This document shows, piece by piece, positions 1 to 8,511 of a stretch of DNA of 12,063 nucleotides. The first letter of the stretch is position 1, and every line of letters starts with the position of its first letter. The position numbers and the translations under genes were made by a program. This DNA comes from Orbicella faveolata (lineage: Eukaryota): assembly GCF_002042975.1 (NCBI RefSeq), contig NW_018149776.1:344855-356917 (forward strand), in the 5' to 3' direction. The notes beneath the pieces were generated by a model. It did not search any database. It was not told the DNA's origin and was given only the letters and a program-made list of their open reading frames with translations.

Positions 1-405
1 AACCATGCTCTCTAGGGTTCATTCTACGCATGCGCGTACACTTCACGCATGCGCTGTAGTTGAACTGCGTTTTGTGACTGAACGCAAAAAAAAGAAAAAA
101 TGGAGTCGAATTTATACCTCGGGCGTTTCCTACGGAAAGCCCGAGTAAAAACCCGGTTGTAAGAACCTAGATTGTTTCTAGGTTAGCCTAAAAAAGGTCT
201 AACTCGGGTCGAAAATGCCCCTTTTCGGGGTAATATCTACGATAAAACAAAATACGAAACAAGCAAAGACTACGGGACGAAGTGTTGGACTGTATATCAC
301 CGCGAAAGAGATTGAAACATTAAAATAATCTTCAGACTTTTATCATTAACGAATCTAAACGAACCACTACATAAACTGCACAACTGAGAATGAAGCGACT
401 CTTAC

Positions 406-528
406 TAGTTCTTGCTTCTTGTCGACGCCGGGGTATTGCTGCCAGGCAATGTAGGGAAGGATGTCAACGTCTTCTGCCAAAACCAAATCAGACATAGAAG
501 GGCCCTGTGCTTTGTCGAATTTCTCGTC
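406..528 (-). CDS. Candidate exon of the same minus-strand gene (DEKFDKAQGPSMSDLVLAEDVDILPYIAWQQYPGVDKKQEL, 123 nt, phase 0-0)
   Basis: Acceptor tgttttttccag| at 530/529 and donor CTA|GTAAGA at 405..400. It is phase-compatible with the 1142..1279 exon. The gene continues past the window start. Confidence 0.4.
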
Positions 529-1141
529 CTGGAAAAAACAAACAAGTAAAAAAAGAAAAGAGTAAGACAAGATGCATGTTTAAACAAACAGTAATTCACG
601 ATGAACAGGGGATTTTGAGGAAAAAGATTTTTCTTCTTTCCTATTACAGTGAAAGTTTTGCTTCTCACTAAGGTTTGGATGGATTTTAAATAGACTGCTT
701 TTCGACATCCTTTTTGTAGGTTAGGTTTTCCAAACTACGACTTCCGAACACTCTCGAACATCACCGAAGATTAACGACTGTCTTAATCAACAGATGTCTT
801 AATCACGCTAAGTTTGTCCTGTGTGTCATAATAATGTAATCTCATGTTTCTTAAAAAAATAAAAGGGGTTAATAACAGATTTGCACGATATCGTCATTTT
901 ACTACAACTACCAGAATTCTCTTGGTTTTTTCTTTGTTATTTAAATTTTGAAGCCCAAGTGGGGTTTAAATAACACTGAATTGCCCTAATTAGCATAAGC
1001 AAGAGAAAAAAAATGAAGGATTCTGGTAGTTGTAGTCACTAGTCACTTCCATTCTCAGGGAAAAAATTCTTTACTCGCCTCGATGCGATAACCAATGTTA
1101 ATTGTTCTCCGCGGATAAGTAATCTAACTCGCAAATATTAC

Positions 1142-1279
1142 CTTTTCTCTGTGCTCAACCGCTACAAAACTCGTGAATTTTGATACCACGGAGAATTCCT
1201 TGCTTAAAGAAATGATATAGTCTTTTCTGTCCCGCTTGACGATCTGAGGAATCAAGTCAACAAGTATAGTTATATTTAT
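1142..1279 (-). CDS. Candidate exon of VWA5A/ITIH-like gene (INITILVDLIPQIVKRDRKDYIISLSKEFSVVSKFTSFVAVEHREK, 138 nt, phase 0-0)
   Basis: Acceptor gtgttccttcag| at 1281/1280 and donor AGAAAAG|GTAATA at 1141/1140. The 46-codon open frame is flanked exactly by these sites. At least one exon between 1280 and 1823 is still needed to restore phase from the 1824..1888 exon. Confidence 0.35.
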
Positions 1280-1523
1280 CTGAAGGAACACCGCAAGTTT
1301 TCAGCCCAAAAATTACCAGTACCTTATTTCTCCTCACTCCACAGCGTAAAACTTAGAGGCTGCGATGATTTCATTCTCACGAAGAGTCAATAAAAGATAT
1401 TGTTTTGAAGAGGTGTAGAGCGCCTTTAAATTGAGTGCCGTGAAAACCAAAATAAACTGGCCAGTCACAAAGGACACACAATCCAAAGAAACAATCAAAC
1501 CTGGAAGCTCATTTAAAGAAACG

Positions 1524-1553
1524 CAACAACAACAACAACAACAACAACAACAA
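1524..1553. repeat. (CAA)10 trinucleotide microsatellite
   Basis: Ten perfect CAA units read directly from the sequence. It lies in an intron of the minus-strand VWA-like gene. Confidence 0.95.
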
Positions 1554-1823
1554 CCAAAATGAGATAGCTTCTAACAGACACCGAATGTTAGAGGGGCGTT
1601 AGAGCCGGCCATAAGTTATTGTTCACAAGTCTTCAGTTCAGAAATTATCAATTATCAAATTGGAAGATTCTCTACTGACAAACCTCGTGCCCAGTTCTCT
1701 GCTCGTGCAAGCTACCTTCGTCCCAGTCTCTTATAATTGCTCGTGCGGTCAGTTGATGAAGAATCTATCAAAGAGCCATAATTACAAAATTGCATGTGGA
1801 CAGAAATCAAATAAGTGACTTAC

Positions 1824-1888
1824 GAGAACAAAATTGTCCACGAAACATCGTGAATTTTGATGATCCAATGTTTTCTACATTTGCTTCC
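1824..1888 (-). CDS. Candidate exon of VWA5A/ITIH-like gene (GSKCRKHWIIKIHDVSWTILFS, 65 nt, ends phase 2)
   Basis: Acceptor gttgttttctctgctttag| and donor TTCTC|GTAAGT, both near consensus, with an open frame in phase 0. No protein similarity could be confirmed. The plus ORF 1790..1987 is antisense to it. Confidence 0.35.
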
Positions 1889-2061
1889 CTAAAGCAGAGA
1901 AAACAACTTGTAGGGACTGCACTTCTCTTATTTTGCATTACGCAATGTTTGCTGGACGTTAAAATCTTGGCAGCATTTGTTCATTAGTGTTTATTACACT
2001 GGAGGGGTGCGAGCATTATCTCGAGATGTTCCTAAGCTAGGAATTGCTTAACAGAACTTAC

Positions 2062-2142
2062 TTTGCCAGAGGTGATATTCAGTTCAGCGGTAGATACCAT
2101 GGTCGACACCGTCTTCCCGTTAACCTTCGCTGTCAAGGTCGC
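2062..2142 (-). CDS. Exon of VWA5A/ITIH-like gene (ATLTAKVNGKTVSTMVSTAELNITSGK)
   Basis: Strong acceptor ttttaatttattttatag| and consensus donor AAA|GTAAGT. The exon is 81 nt and phase 0-0, compatible with the upstream exon. Confidence 0.5.
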
Positions 2143-2215
2143 CTATAAAATAAATTAAAAAGAAAATAAGTCAACACTAAAAATGTATGAATGGTGTAAA
2201 CAAGTCAGTAGTTAC

Positions 2216-2386
2216 CTGTGTACAGTTATCTGCGAATCCGTACACAACTTGTCTCGAGCCGTTGAACAAGGACAGCAGTTGGTAGGGAGCCTGAACCGGG
2301 AGACTGGAACCGGAATTGTGCTGCTGCCAGGTAACCGCTACCGACGTAAGGCCTGGCTGGCCAGCTTTGGACAACTGCCACTTCAC
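2216..2386 (-). CDS. Exon of VWA5A/ITIH-like gene (VKWQLSKAGQPGLTSVAVTWQQHNSGSSLPVQAPYQLLSLFNGSRQVVYGFADNCTQ)
   Basis: Acceptor cattttag| at 2388/2387 and donor ACACAG|GTAACT at 2215/2214. The exon is 171 nt and phase 0-0, consistent with the preceding exon. The pattern V.V.W ... S.LF.G.RLV.YG is the conserved post-vWA segment of VWA5A/ITIH proteins. The plus ORF 2183..2395 in the track is antisense to it. Confidence 0.6.
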
Positions 2387-2711
2387 CTAAAATGAAGTCA
2401 TTTTACTACGTTAGAAAAAACATTAACGCGACGTAAGTCAGCGCCATCCTCTAATGGTTGGTGTGGTTAACTGTGGGCTTGAGCCCCGGTGATATGGTCT
2501 TGGACAAACCACTTACTCTTGCAGTGCCACTCTCCTCCCAAAAGTACAAATGGATATCGGAGATTTTTCACGGCAACTTGCTAGCTTGAAAAATGCTCGG
2601 GTGGTACCTTGCTATGGACTAGCATCCCATCCAGGGAGGGTACCAATACTCCAAGTCTAGTTGCTACAGAAACCATAAAATTACACCGAGCAATAATCTA
2701 ATGTTCTTTAC

Positions 2712-2811
2712 CTTTCTTTCCCATTTTGATTTGGCCTTACTCTCGAAAAACTCTGAAGCACCAGCTCCCACTCTAGACATGGCTCGTAAAAGGTAACGGT
2801 TGGCCGTGGAA
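2712..2811 (-). CDS. Exon of VWA5A/ITIH-like gene (T|STANRYLLRAMSRVGAGASEFFESKAKSKWERK)
   Basis: Acceptor ttgattccacag| with exon start 2811, and donor GAAAG|GTAAAG at 2711/2710. The first nucleotide T completes the split GG|T Gly codon from the 3310..3506 exon, so the phases match exactly. The peptide parallels the VWA5A segment ...LVKGLASVSEGSAELLMEGERLQPKMVK. Confidence 0.6.
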
Positions 2812-3309
2812 CTGTGGAATCAAGTCAAACCACACATGGAAATAAGAGAACACTTGTCATCAACATTTTCAACAAACGACTTTCAAATGTCTCTACCCCG
2901 TAAGAATTGGAGGTTGCTTGAAATGGGAACACCAACATGGGACCAACGGGAATTTGCTTTATTTAAGGGCTTGTGAAAGGAAGTGACTGCATAATTAAGG
3001 TCAAAAGTAGGAGTGAATTCTCTCATTCGGTGAAGGTACTGCCTTTTTTGCCAAATAATTCTTGAGCACTTGTCATGAGTTTCTATCTTCTGTTTTACAA
3101 TCAAGGATTTCTGAAGCGCTTGCTGTCACGTCAACGTGCCCTCGAAAGGTTACGTCGCGTTCTCAGCAGTATCCGCATGTCTCAAATAATTTCTCTAATA
3201 TTCACAAGAAACCGTCTTTTTAGGACGGTGACTACAGAGGAAGGTGCCGAAGTATTATTATCTATTAACACTCTTTGCAGTTTGCTAAGCACAAATGTTC
3301 ACTTCCTAC

Positions 3310-3506
3310 CCCACTCCAAACGTAAAGAGTCTGTCACTCTGGTAGTGACTGCGAATCAAATCACGTGTAGTGTCCTCCTCCGTCACGTGACCATCTGAGA
3401 TGAGAAACAGGTTGCGAGGGTGGTCAGCGGTGGACAGCGCGGGCACTAGATAGAGTTTCTGAAGGACGCGCCATAATTCCGTACTTCCTCTTGTGGCTGT
3501 TAAAGA
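3310..3506 (-). CDS. Exon of VWA5A/ITIH-like gene (vWA domain: SLTATRGSTELWRVLQ...ADHPRNLFLISDGHVTEEDTTRDLIRSHYQSDRLFTFGV-G)
   Basis: Acceptor cttttttaattcag| before 3506 and donor GG|GTAGGA at 3309/3308. The exon ends in phase 2. The motifs GGTxL, HPRxLFLI(S/T)DG and FTFG(V/I)G are the canonical vWA metal-site and strand motifs. The HPR-LFxxTDG...FxFGxG spacing matches VWA5A/ITIH-type vWA domains. Confidence 0.6.
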
Positions 3507-3628
3507 CTGAATTAAAAAAGTAGAAAGCAACATTATTAAAGGCTATTAATCTAAACAAGTTCAGTCAGCTGAGACCAGTAAAAAAGCTTTCACATGACAA
3601 CACATAGAGCAAATTACAGCATGTTTAC

Positions 3629-3755
3629 CTTGACAAATTCTACAGCATCACTGTGTGCAGCTTCGTCTTTTCGCTTGCTGCATGGAAACAGCTCGGAATG
3701 CTCTACAATGAGAGAACAACATTCGTTATTACCGTACCTAAATTCGCAATAGGGA
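3629..3755 (-). CDS. Exon of VWA5A/ITIH-like gene (central vWA domain; ...CEFRYGNNECCSLIVEHSELFPCSKRKDEAAHSDAVEFVK); 5' boundary uncertain
   Basis: Minus-strand donor GTCAAG|GTAAAC at 3628/3627. The frame is open back to a TAA at about 3760. Candidate acceptors are aaag| (exon start 3755) or aatttag| (exon start 3737). The peptide aligns to the vWA segment FNIIGFGSTFKTLFPSSQTYSEDSLAMA..I of VWA5A-type proteins, which I am recalling from memory. Confidence 0.45.
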
Positions 3756-5064
3756 CTTTAAGCAAATCGCTACGGATGGCACTGATACGGCTGTCGGAAG
3801 TAAATTTCCCCCAAAACGAGACACTGCGCATGTACGTCGGTTGCATCCAACCGCAGCGTGAAATCTGACTACGCGAGTCGGGATGTTTTGCCGTAGTGGC
3901 TACTACGTCGGGTTTATTTCGCTTCTCTGACCCTTTTCAACGGACATCTCGGCATTTTAAGAATTCCATTGGGTACTATGTCCTTTAAAGTCAATTTAAG
4001 TCAAAGATTGTGCCATGTTTGCGTATCATAAGCTTGTAAATCCGTATCCTGGATTTGCGATAAGTTTTGGCAAACGTGTTGGAATGGCGAAGCGAGTCAA
4101 GTGAAATATTCGTGTTGAGCGCGAGGTTAATTTTCTACTGTTAAGTTTGCTTTGAGAGTATAGTGAAGATGTTTTATATCTGGATAACTATACGATACTA
4201 TTTTGCTTGTTTGAGTATTGATATATTTGTGTTCTTTACTCGATATTCTTTGAGATATTTGTCTCTGAAATTATATATTTCATCCATCAAATTGTTATGG
4301 TACAAATTGTATGGCATTCGCTTTCGCTCAGAAATCATCTGTTCGTCCTAGGAAGGCGAATAAAAGCCATCGTCCTTTGAGCGAAGCCATTTGGCTGTGA
4401 GAAACTAAATAAAAGAGATTGTGAACTCCTTAGTCGATGTTTCTTTCATCTTTGTATTTCGCTTTGTTAAACTTAAAATTTGGCAGACCACCGAGACGTA
4501 CTCTCCCCAGACCTTTTCAGTCACGGCAGCCGTAGTGATTTGCTTAAACTCCCTAATTAGCCAATCACAAGCCGTATCTACAGTCCTGATATCCTGCGAT
4601 ATCAATTCACTGATCTGATATGGCTTCGATATCACGGTCAATTTAAGTGAAGTCATTTTTCCGTGAGTCAAATTGAAGAAGAGGTTTTAAAAACAGAATA
4701 TTAACCTCGAAATTAAACATTGAGCCTTTCTTCACGGGGTCTAAAAGGCGTCAAAACTTTCCCGCCCAAACTGAACTCAACGCGCGCGCCACGTAACTGG
4801 AACGCCCGACAGATCACCGTAACTAGAAAAAGATCTCCAGAACTTTGACCGAATTTGTTTACGGTATGTATCTAATCGTACCTCTTTTGGTACGCTTCGG
4901 CGCTATATTATTATCATTTTATTATTATATCAAGTTCGTTTGGTCTGGACGACCAAACTCACCCAATACTGCATTGAAGCGTAACAAAAAGGTACGATAA
5001 GGTAAAAATAACGCCGTCCATTTTAAAATATGGTAAGGCAGTCTTGAGGTAAATCCGAGTTCAG

Positions 5065-5295
5065 GGGCCCGTTTCTCGAAGGTCCCGAAACGTTTTTGCA
5101 CCCGGAAAGCCCTAGCAAAATCTCGAAGCTTATGATTACAGAGCTGTTTTATTCACGTATTCTTAATATGATCAGAGGTTCCCGCCTTCATACAAGAAGT
5201 TTCAAGCGTATACACTTCTCCGTTTTTAGATAGAGATGAACTAAAAATGGCTTTACGGGCCAGAAAAGTTTCCGGGGCTTTCGAGAAACGGGCCC
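5065..5295. mobile_element. MITE-like non-autonomous element, about 231 bp, with perfect 16-bp terminal inverted repeats GGGCCCGTTTCTCGAA / TTCGAGAAACGGGCCC and further imperfect subterminal complementarity
   Basis: The TIRs are at 5065..5080 and 5280..5295, and the sequence adjacent to each TIR is also partly complementary. The interior is AT-rich and non-coding. No clear target-site duplication was identified. Confidence 0.35.
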
Positions 5296-5842
5296 GCGCC
5301 GGGTTGTTCGAAAACCGGTTAACGCGAACCCAGGATCAAAAGTTAACCGAGGTATTAATTTTTCTTCTATGAAAATGTTGTTACTGCTTATGTTTTGTGT
5401 AGTTTGAGATTATTCAAATCCAAAACTGAAGGATAAACAATATAAACAGAAAACCTCACGGAAAAGTTACAAAACTAAAATCAACATTCTCGCTTATCCT
5501 AGGTTAGCTTAATCGGGCTTTGAACAACCCAGCCCTTATTGGTTCTTTCTCGGTCCGGATTTTGCGATACGGACCGTTTCCACGTTACGGTGGAAGTCTT
5601 TTGAATGCAAGTGTCCAGAAGCGCGTCCTATAATAAGCTACTTACTAACCTAGCTTGCTCAAGCCGCACTAGGGAATATAGGCTCCCGTTCGTTTATGTA
5701 CGCTGCGCTCGCTCTGTACTGCCACGACCTTGCGCCAATATTCCGTAGTACGGCTCTCGCGCTGGGTTAGTAAAAGGTTATTATTATATGGCTAGCTCCG
5801 TGAGCGGGCAAGATGAATCAAATCCTGCGCTGTGATTGGTTA

Positions 5843-5880
5843 CCCGAGCGGGCAAGATGGAGCTATCTTGCCCGCTCGGG
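5843..5880. repeat. Perfect 16-bp-arm palindrome cccgagcgggcaagat-ggagct-atcttgcccgctcggg; its arm core gagcgggcaagatg also occurs as a direct copy at 5802..5815
   Basis: Read directly from the sequence. It shares the CAAGATGG core with the larger palindrome 75 bp downstream. Confidence 0.85.
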
Positions 5881-5954
5881 ACTACCCGCCGTGTCCCGCA
5901 AGAAAAATTTCCCTGAAAGCCATATAATAAATCCTTTATTGACCAAGTTTGTTC

Positions 5955-6071
5955 GGCCAAGATGGCTGGATATTGGCCTCGTTCTTTTTTTGCGTGTTTA
6001 TGGACCTCGACTCCGTCTCGGTCCATAAACACCCAAAAAAAGAACTTGGCCAATATGCAGCCATCTTGACC
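5955..6071. repeat. 117-bp near-perfect palindrome (two 52-nt inverted arms at about 90% identity with a 13-nt loop), each arm ending in a CAAGATGGCTG / CAGCCATCTTG motif
   Basis: Arm A is ggccaagatggctggatattggcctcgttctttttttgcgtgtttatggacc. Its reverse complement matches arm B at 47 of 52 positions. The loop is tcgactccgtctc. Confidence 0.85.
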
Positions 6072-7162
6072 TCACACTTGGTCAATAACCCATATATATC
6101 CGGAATCCTAAATAAGCGCGAAAATTTTCGGAAGGAAAAATGAAAAATGGTCAACACAAAACATGCATTGACAATCAGGATTGAATAGCTTTTTGTTTTC
6201 AGTAAAGGGAAGTAAGGGAAGCTGTGTACATAACTACGATGATCATTCAAGTCTTAACATATTTCTCCGCAATTGAAATAAAAGATCTTTCATTTATTCA
6301 GCTGCATGAAACGAAGCAAGTGGGCTTTCTTTTACCTTAATTCTCAAGAGCCCAAAGACAGTTCATAAAATTAACATGCTTCCGCCACAAACAACCTTTG
6401 TCTGTCATGTTTTAGCTGTGCATTTATGGAGTTATCCATGCACGCTAGACATGCCGGAACCACGCAATACAAGACGCTTCTTTAGAATTACGTCTCTGTG
6501 ATTTCAGTTGACAAATGCTTGATTTTGAAATTTTTCAGCGGCCTGTTTCCATCCACAACAAGACACAGCGATAGGCGTGCACGTATTAACGGGAACAAAA
6601 TCATGTACCTTCACAAATGACCACAAACCCACCCAAGCGATACACTAACATGCCCTGACAAATGTGAATAGGGGAAAAAAATCGAAGGGAAAAAAAGAGA
6701 ACGTACTTCCCCACGGAAGGTGTAAAACTCTTGAAGATAAAAGACAAGAGAACAATAAGAATAAAAATTGTCGCCGTCGCGAGTCACGACCATTAAAAGC
6801 CATTACATACTAAAACAGGAAAATATTCACGTCAGTATCTACTCTCGCAAAAATCCTTCATGTGGTCAAGAAAAGAAGTAAAAGAATTGTCAAATAATTA
6901 AGTAGAATACGCAGACACCAATTATCCCACACGAACCAGCAATCAATTTGAAATCCGCACGCTTCTTTGGTCTTTGTGCACACATTCTCTCTCTTTAAAT
7001 TGAAATTGAACGTACACTGAAAAACTTCGTGAGAAAAAACCTTTGACATATCCCTTATTTGGAAAGGCTCCTGAAGTCCAAAAAAGTTCCCAAATTATAC
7101 GTTTTAGTGCCAAGCCGAAAACATTGCCTTACACTTCTTTTAACAGTCTTACATGGAGTGTT

Positions 7163-7168
7163 TTTAAT
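7163..7168 (-). terminator. ATTAAA variant polyadenylation signal candidate for the 7311..8462 gene, about 145 nt past its stop; a canonical AATAAA is at 6292..6297
   Basis: Plus-strand tttaat is ATTAAA on the minus strand. Which site is used cannot be determined without transcript data. Confidence 0.2.
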
Positions 7169-7310
7169 AACTCCGTAGCCACCAGTCAGTTAGGCTCGAT
7201 TACCAGCCACTGTTCGGGAAAGGAGCCCGCGCTCCTCCCCGAACTCTTCTCGGGGAGGAACGTAGACCGGACTCGAGAAAGCGGCGGAAATCGAGCCTAC
7301 CAGTCAGTTC

Positions 7311-8462
7311 TCAGTCTTTCGGTTTGAGGTTTGCAAACCAGAGTTTACTTGCAAACCACAAAACGATAGCAACATGTCCAAACAGCACAATCACGGCCAT
7401 ACCGACCGTGTTCACTATAGTTGGCTGTGAAGAAAAACGTTCCTGGAGAACGGTTCGTCTTTCTTGAAGGTCCACCTGTGCGGTGTTGAAGGCCTGTTGA
7501 ATGCCCATGGCGATCAGAATATGAGCCAGGTTGTGGCTTTGACCAAAATTATCGAAAACTCCACTCATTAATCGCTCCGGAACTCTGGCCGCGTACAACA
7601 CGGCGCCTAGACTACAGAAGATCACGTGACGCTTGAAATACACCATAGACACGCCGTTATAAGCCGGGTCAGCGTTTTTGCACAGAAGAAGGCGAACGGT
7701 ATACGGCGACGTGATAACAAGCCAGTTTACTGCAAGGATAGCGACCCTGAGCACGGATTTACAATTACGCCAACGTAGATGACTCGACACGCAACACAAA
7801 AGAGTTGCAAGGAATGAGAAGACCGTGGAAACGGTCTGGAAAACAGCCAGCGAATCGTAAATCGCCCGTACTGACGCGCCCGCGGCACGGGAGTAGAAAA
7901 ACAGAGCTTGTCCAGCGGTGAATGTGTAAAATCCTATAGCCGCGTAATCAAAGAAAAAACATATCCTGTGGAATTTCTCCGACATGCAGTTGAAAAGATG
8001 CGCGAAGGAACTTGTGAGATACAGTACGGATATACCCACGGCGAAGGAGATCAGCGGCAGGAAGAACGGATCATCAGTAGGTAAAGACGTCATGTTCACT
8101 GAAACAAAGAGTACCAAAGCAAGCAGGTGGCTCCAAACATTTATGGTCTCATTTGAAGATCGAAGCAAACTTCTAATACATTCCCAGAACGAAAACCCAG
8201 GACTTCGATACCCGGAAACGATGAAAGGCACTCTAAATACTTCGGGAACTTGGCAGTGTTTCAATCCATACGTCGCCTTGGCAGCCATTTTGAAATGATC
8301 TTGAGCATCTGAACAGATAATTTCTTCTTTGTTTTCGCTTGATGGAGAAGCAACCTCGCGTCCGTAAAAATCCTTTTCGAGTTTGTAGTCTTGGGACAAA
8401 GCCGCCGTTTTTTCACTTGTTCCAGAAGGATTTTGAAGCCTTTTGTGAATTGTTGAATGCAT
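7311..8462 (-). CDS. PAQR-family seven/eight-pass membrane receptor, membrane progestin receptor (mPR, PAQR5-9)-like; single coding exon, 383 aa
   Basis: The long minus ORF 7311..8528 in the track begins with TTG, so it is trimmed here to the first ATG at 8462..8460, which has A at -3 (acaATGc). The stop is TGA at 7311..7313. The protein carries the PAQR hallmarks: SGYRSPG...SSNETINVWSHLL (N-terminal motif preceding TM1), SSFAHLFNCMSE (His/Ser/Glu motif in TM2-3), DYAAIGFYTFTAGQA (Asp motif), and RVPERLMSGVFDNFGQSHNLAHILIAMG (C-terminal HxxxH). About seven hydrophobic helices are visible. No in-frame splice signals interrupt the ORF. Confidence 0.8.
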   Translation of the reverse strand: MHSTIHKRLQNPSGTSEKTAALSQDYKLEKDFYGREVASPSSENKEEIICSDAQDHFKMAAKATYGLKHCQVPEVFRVPFIVSGYRSPGFSFWECIRSLLRSSNETINVWSHLLALVLFVSVNMTSLPTDDPFFLPLISFAVGISVLYLTSSFAHLFNCMSEKFHRICFFFDYAAIGFYTFTAGQALFFYSRAAGASVRAIYDSLAVFQTVSTVFSFLATLLCCVSSHLRWRNCKSVLRVAILAVNWLVITSPYTVRLLLCKNADPAYNGVSMVYFKRHVIFCSLGAVLYAARVPERLMSGVFDNFGQSHNLAHILIAMGIQQAFNTAQVDLQERRTVLQERFSSQPTIVNTVGMAVIVLFGHVAIVLWFASKLWFANLKPKD

Positions 8463-8493
8463 TGTCGATGTTTCTGGTCGTCTTAACTTCCGG

Positions 8494-8511
8494 CTAGGAA
8501 AGGAATAAAAA
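8494..8511 (-). promoter_or_regulatory. Possible 3' splice acceptor (tttttattcctttcctag|) 33 nt upstream of the ATG of the 7311..8462 PAQR gene, suggesting a 5'-UTR intron and a non-coding first exon
   Basis: A polypyrimidine tract plus AG lies immediately 5' of the start codon on the coding strand. PAQR7/8-type genes in vertebrates have a non-coding exon 1 followed by a single coding exon. Confidence 0.3.

Noticed and set aside
1790-2395. Plus-strand ORFs 1790..1987 and 2183..2395
   Set aside because: They are antisense to minus-strand exons (1824..1888 and 2216..2386) that have proper splice sites and VWA5A-like similarity.
3075-3868. Plus-strand ORFs 3075..3398 and 3653..3868
   Set aside because: They overlap or are antisense to vWA exons of the minus-strand gene. 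The minus ORF 3306..3533 is real coding, but only as a spliced exon (3310..3506), not as a stand-alone gene.
4163-4671. ORFs 4163..4351(+), 4405..4671(-), 4421..4618(+)
   Set aside because: The translations are AT-rich and low-complexity with no recognisable domain. A weak resemblance of 4405..4671(-) to a VIT-domain segment (LKLTVISKPYQISEL vs VTLKYVQEL) was too poor to call.
5784-6250. Four mutually overlapping ORFs on both strands (5784..6053-, 5813..6028+, 5936..6250-, 5949..6143+)
   Set aside because: A direct consequence of the long palindromes: the same sequence reads open on both strands. No protein features, and one starts at TTG.
7984-8298. 104-aa plus-strand ORF inside PAQR gene 1
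   Set aside because: Antisense or alternative-frame ORF embedded in a well-supported coding region. No motifs.
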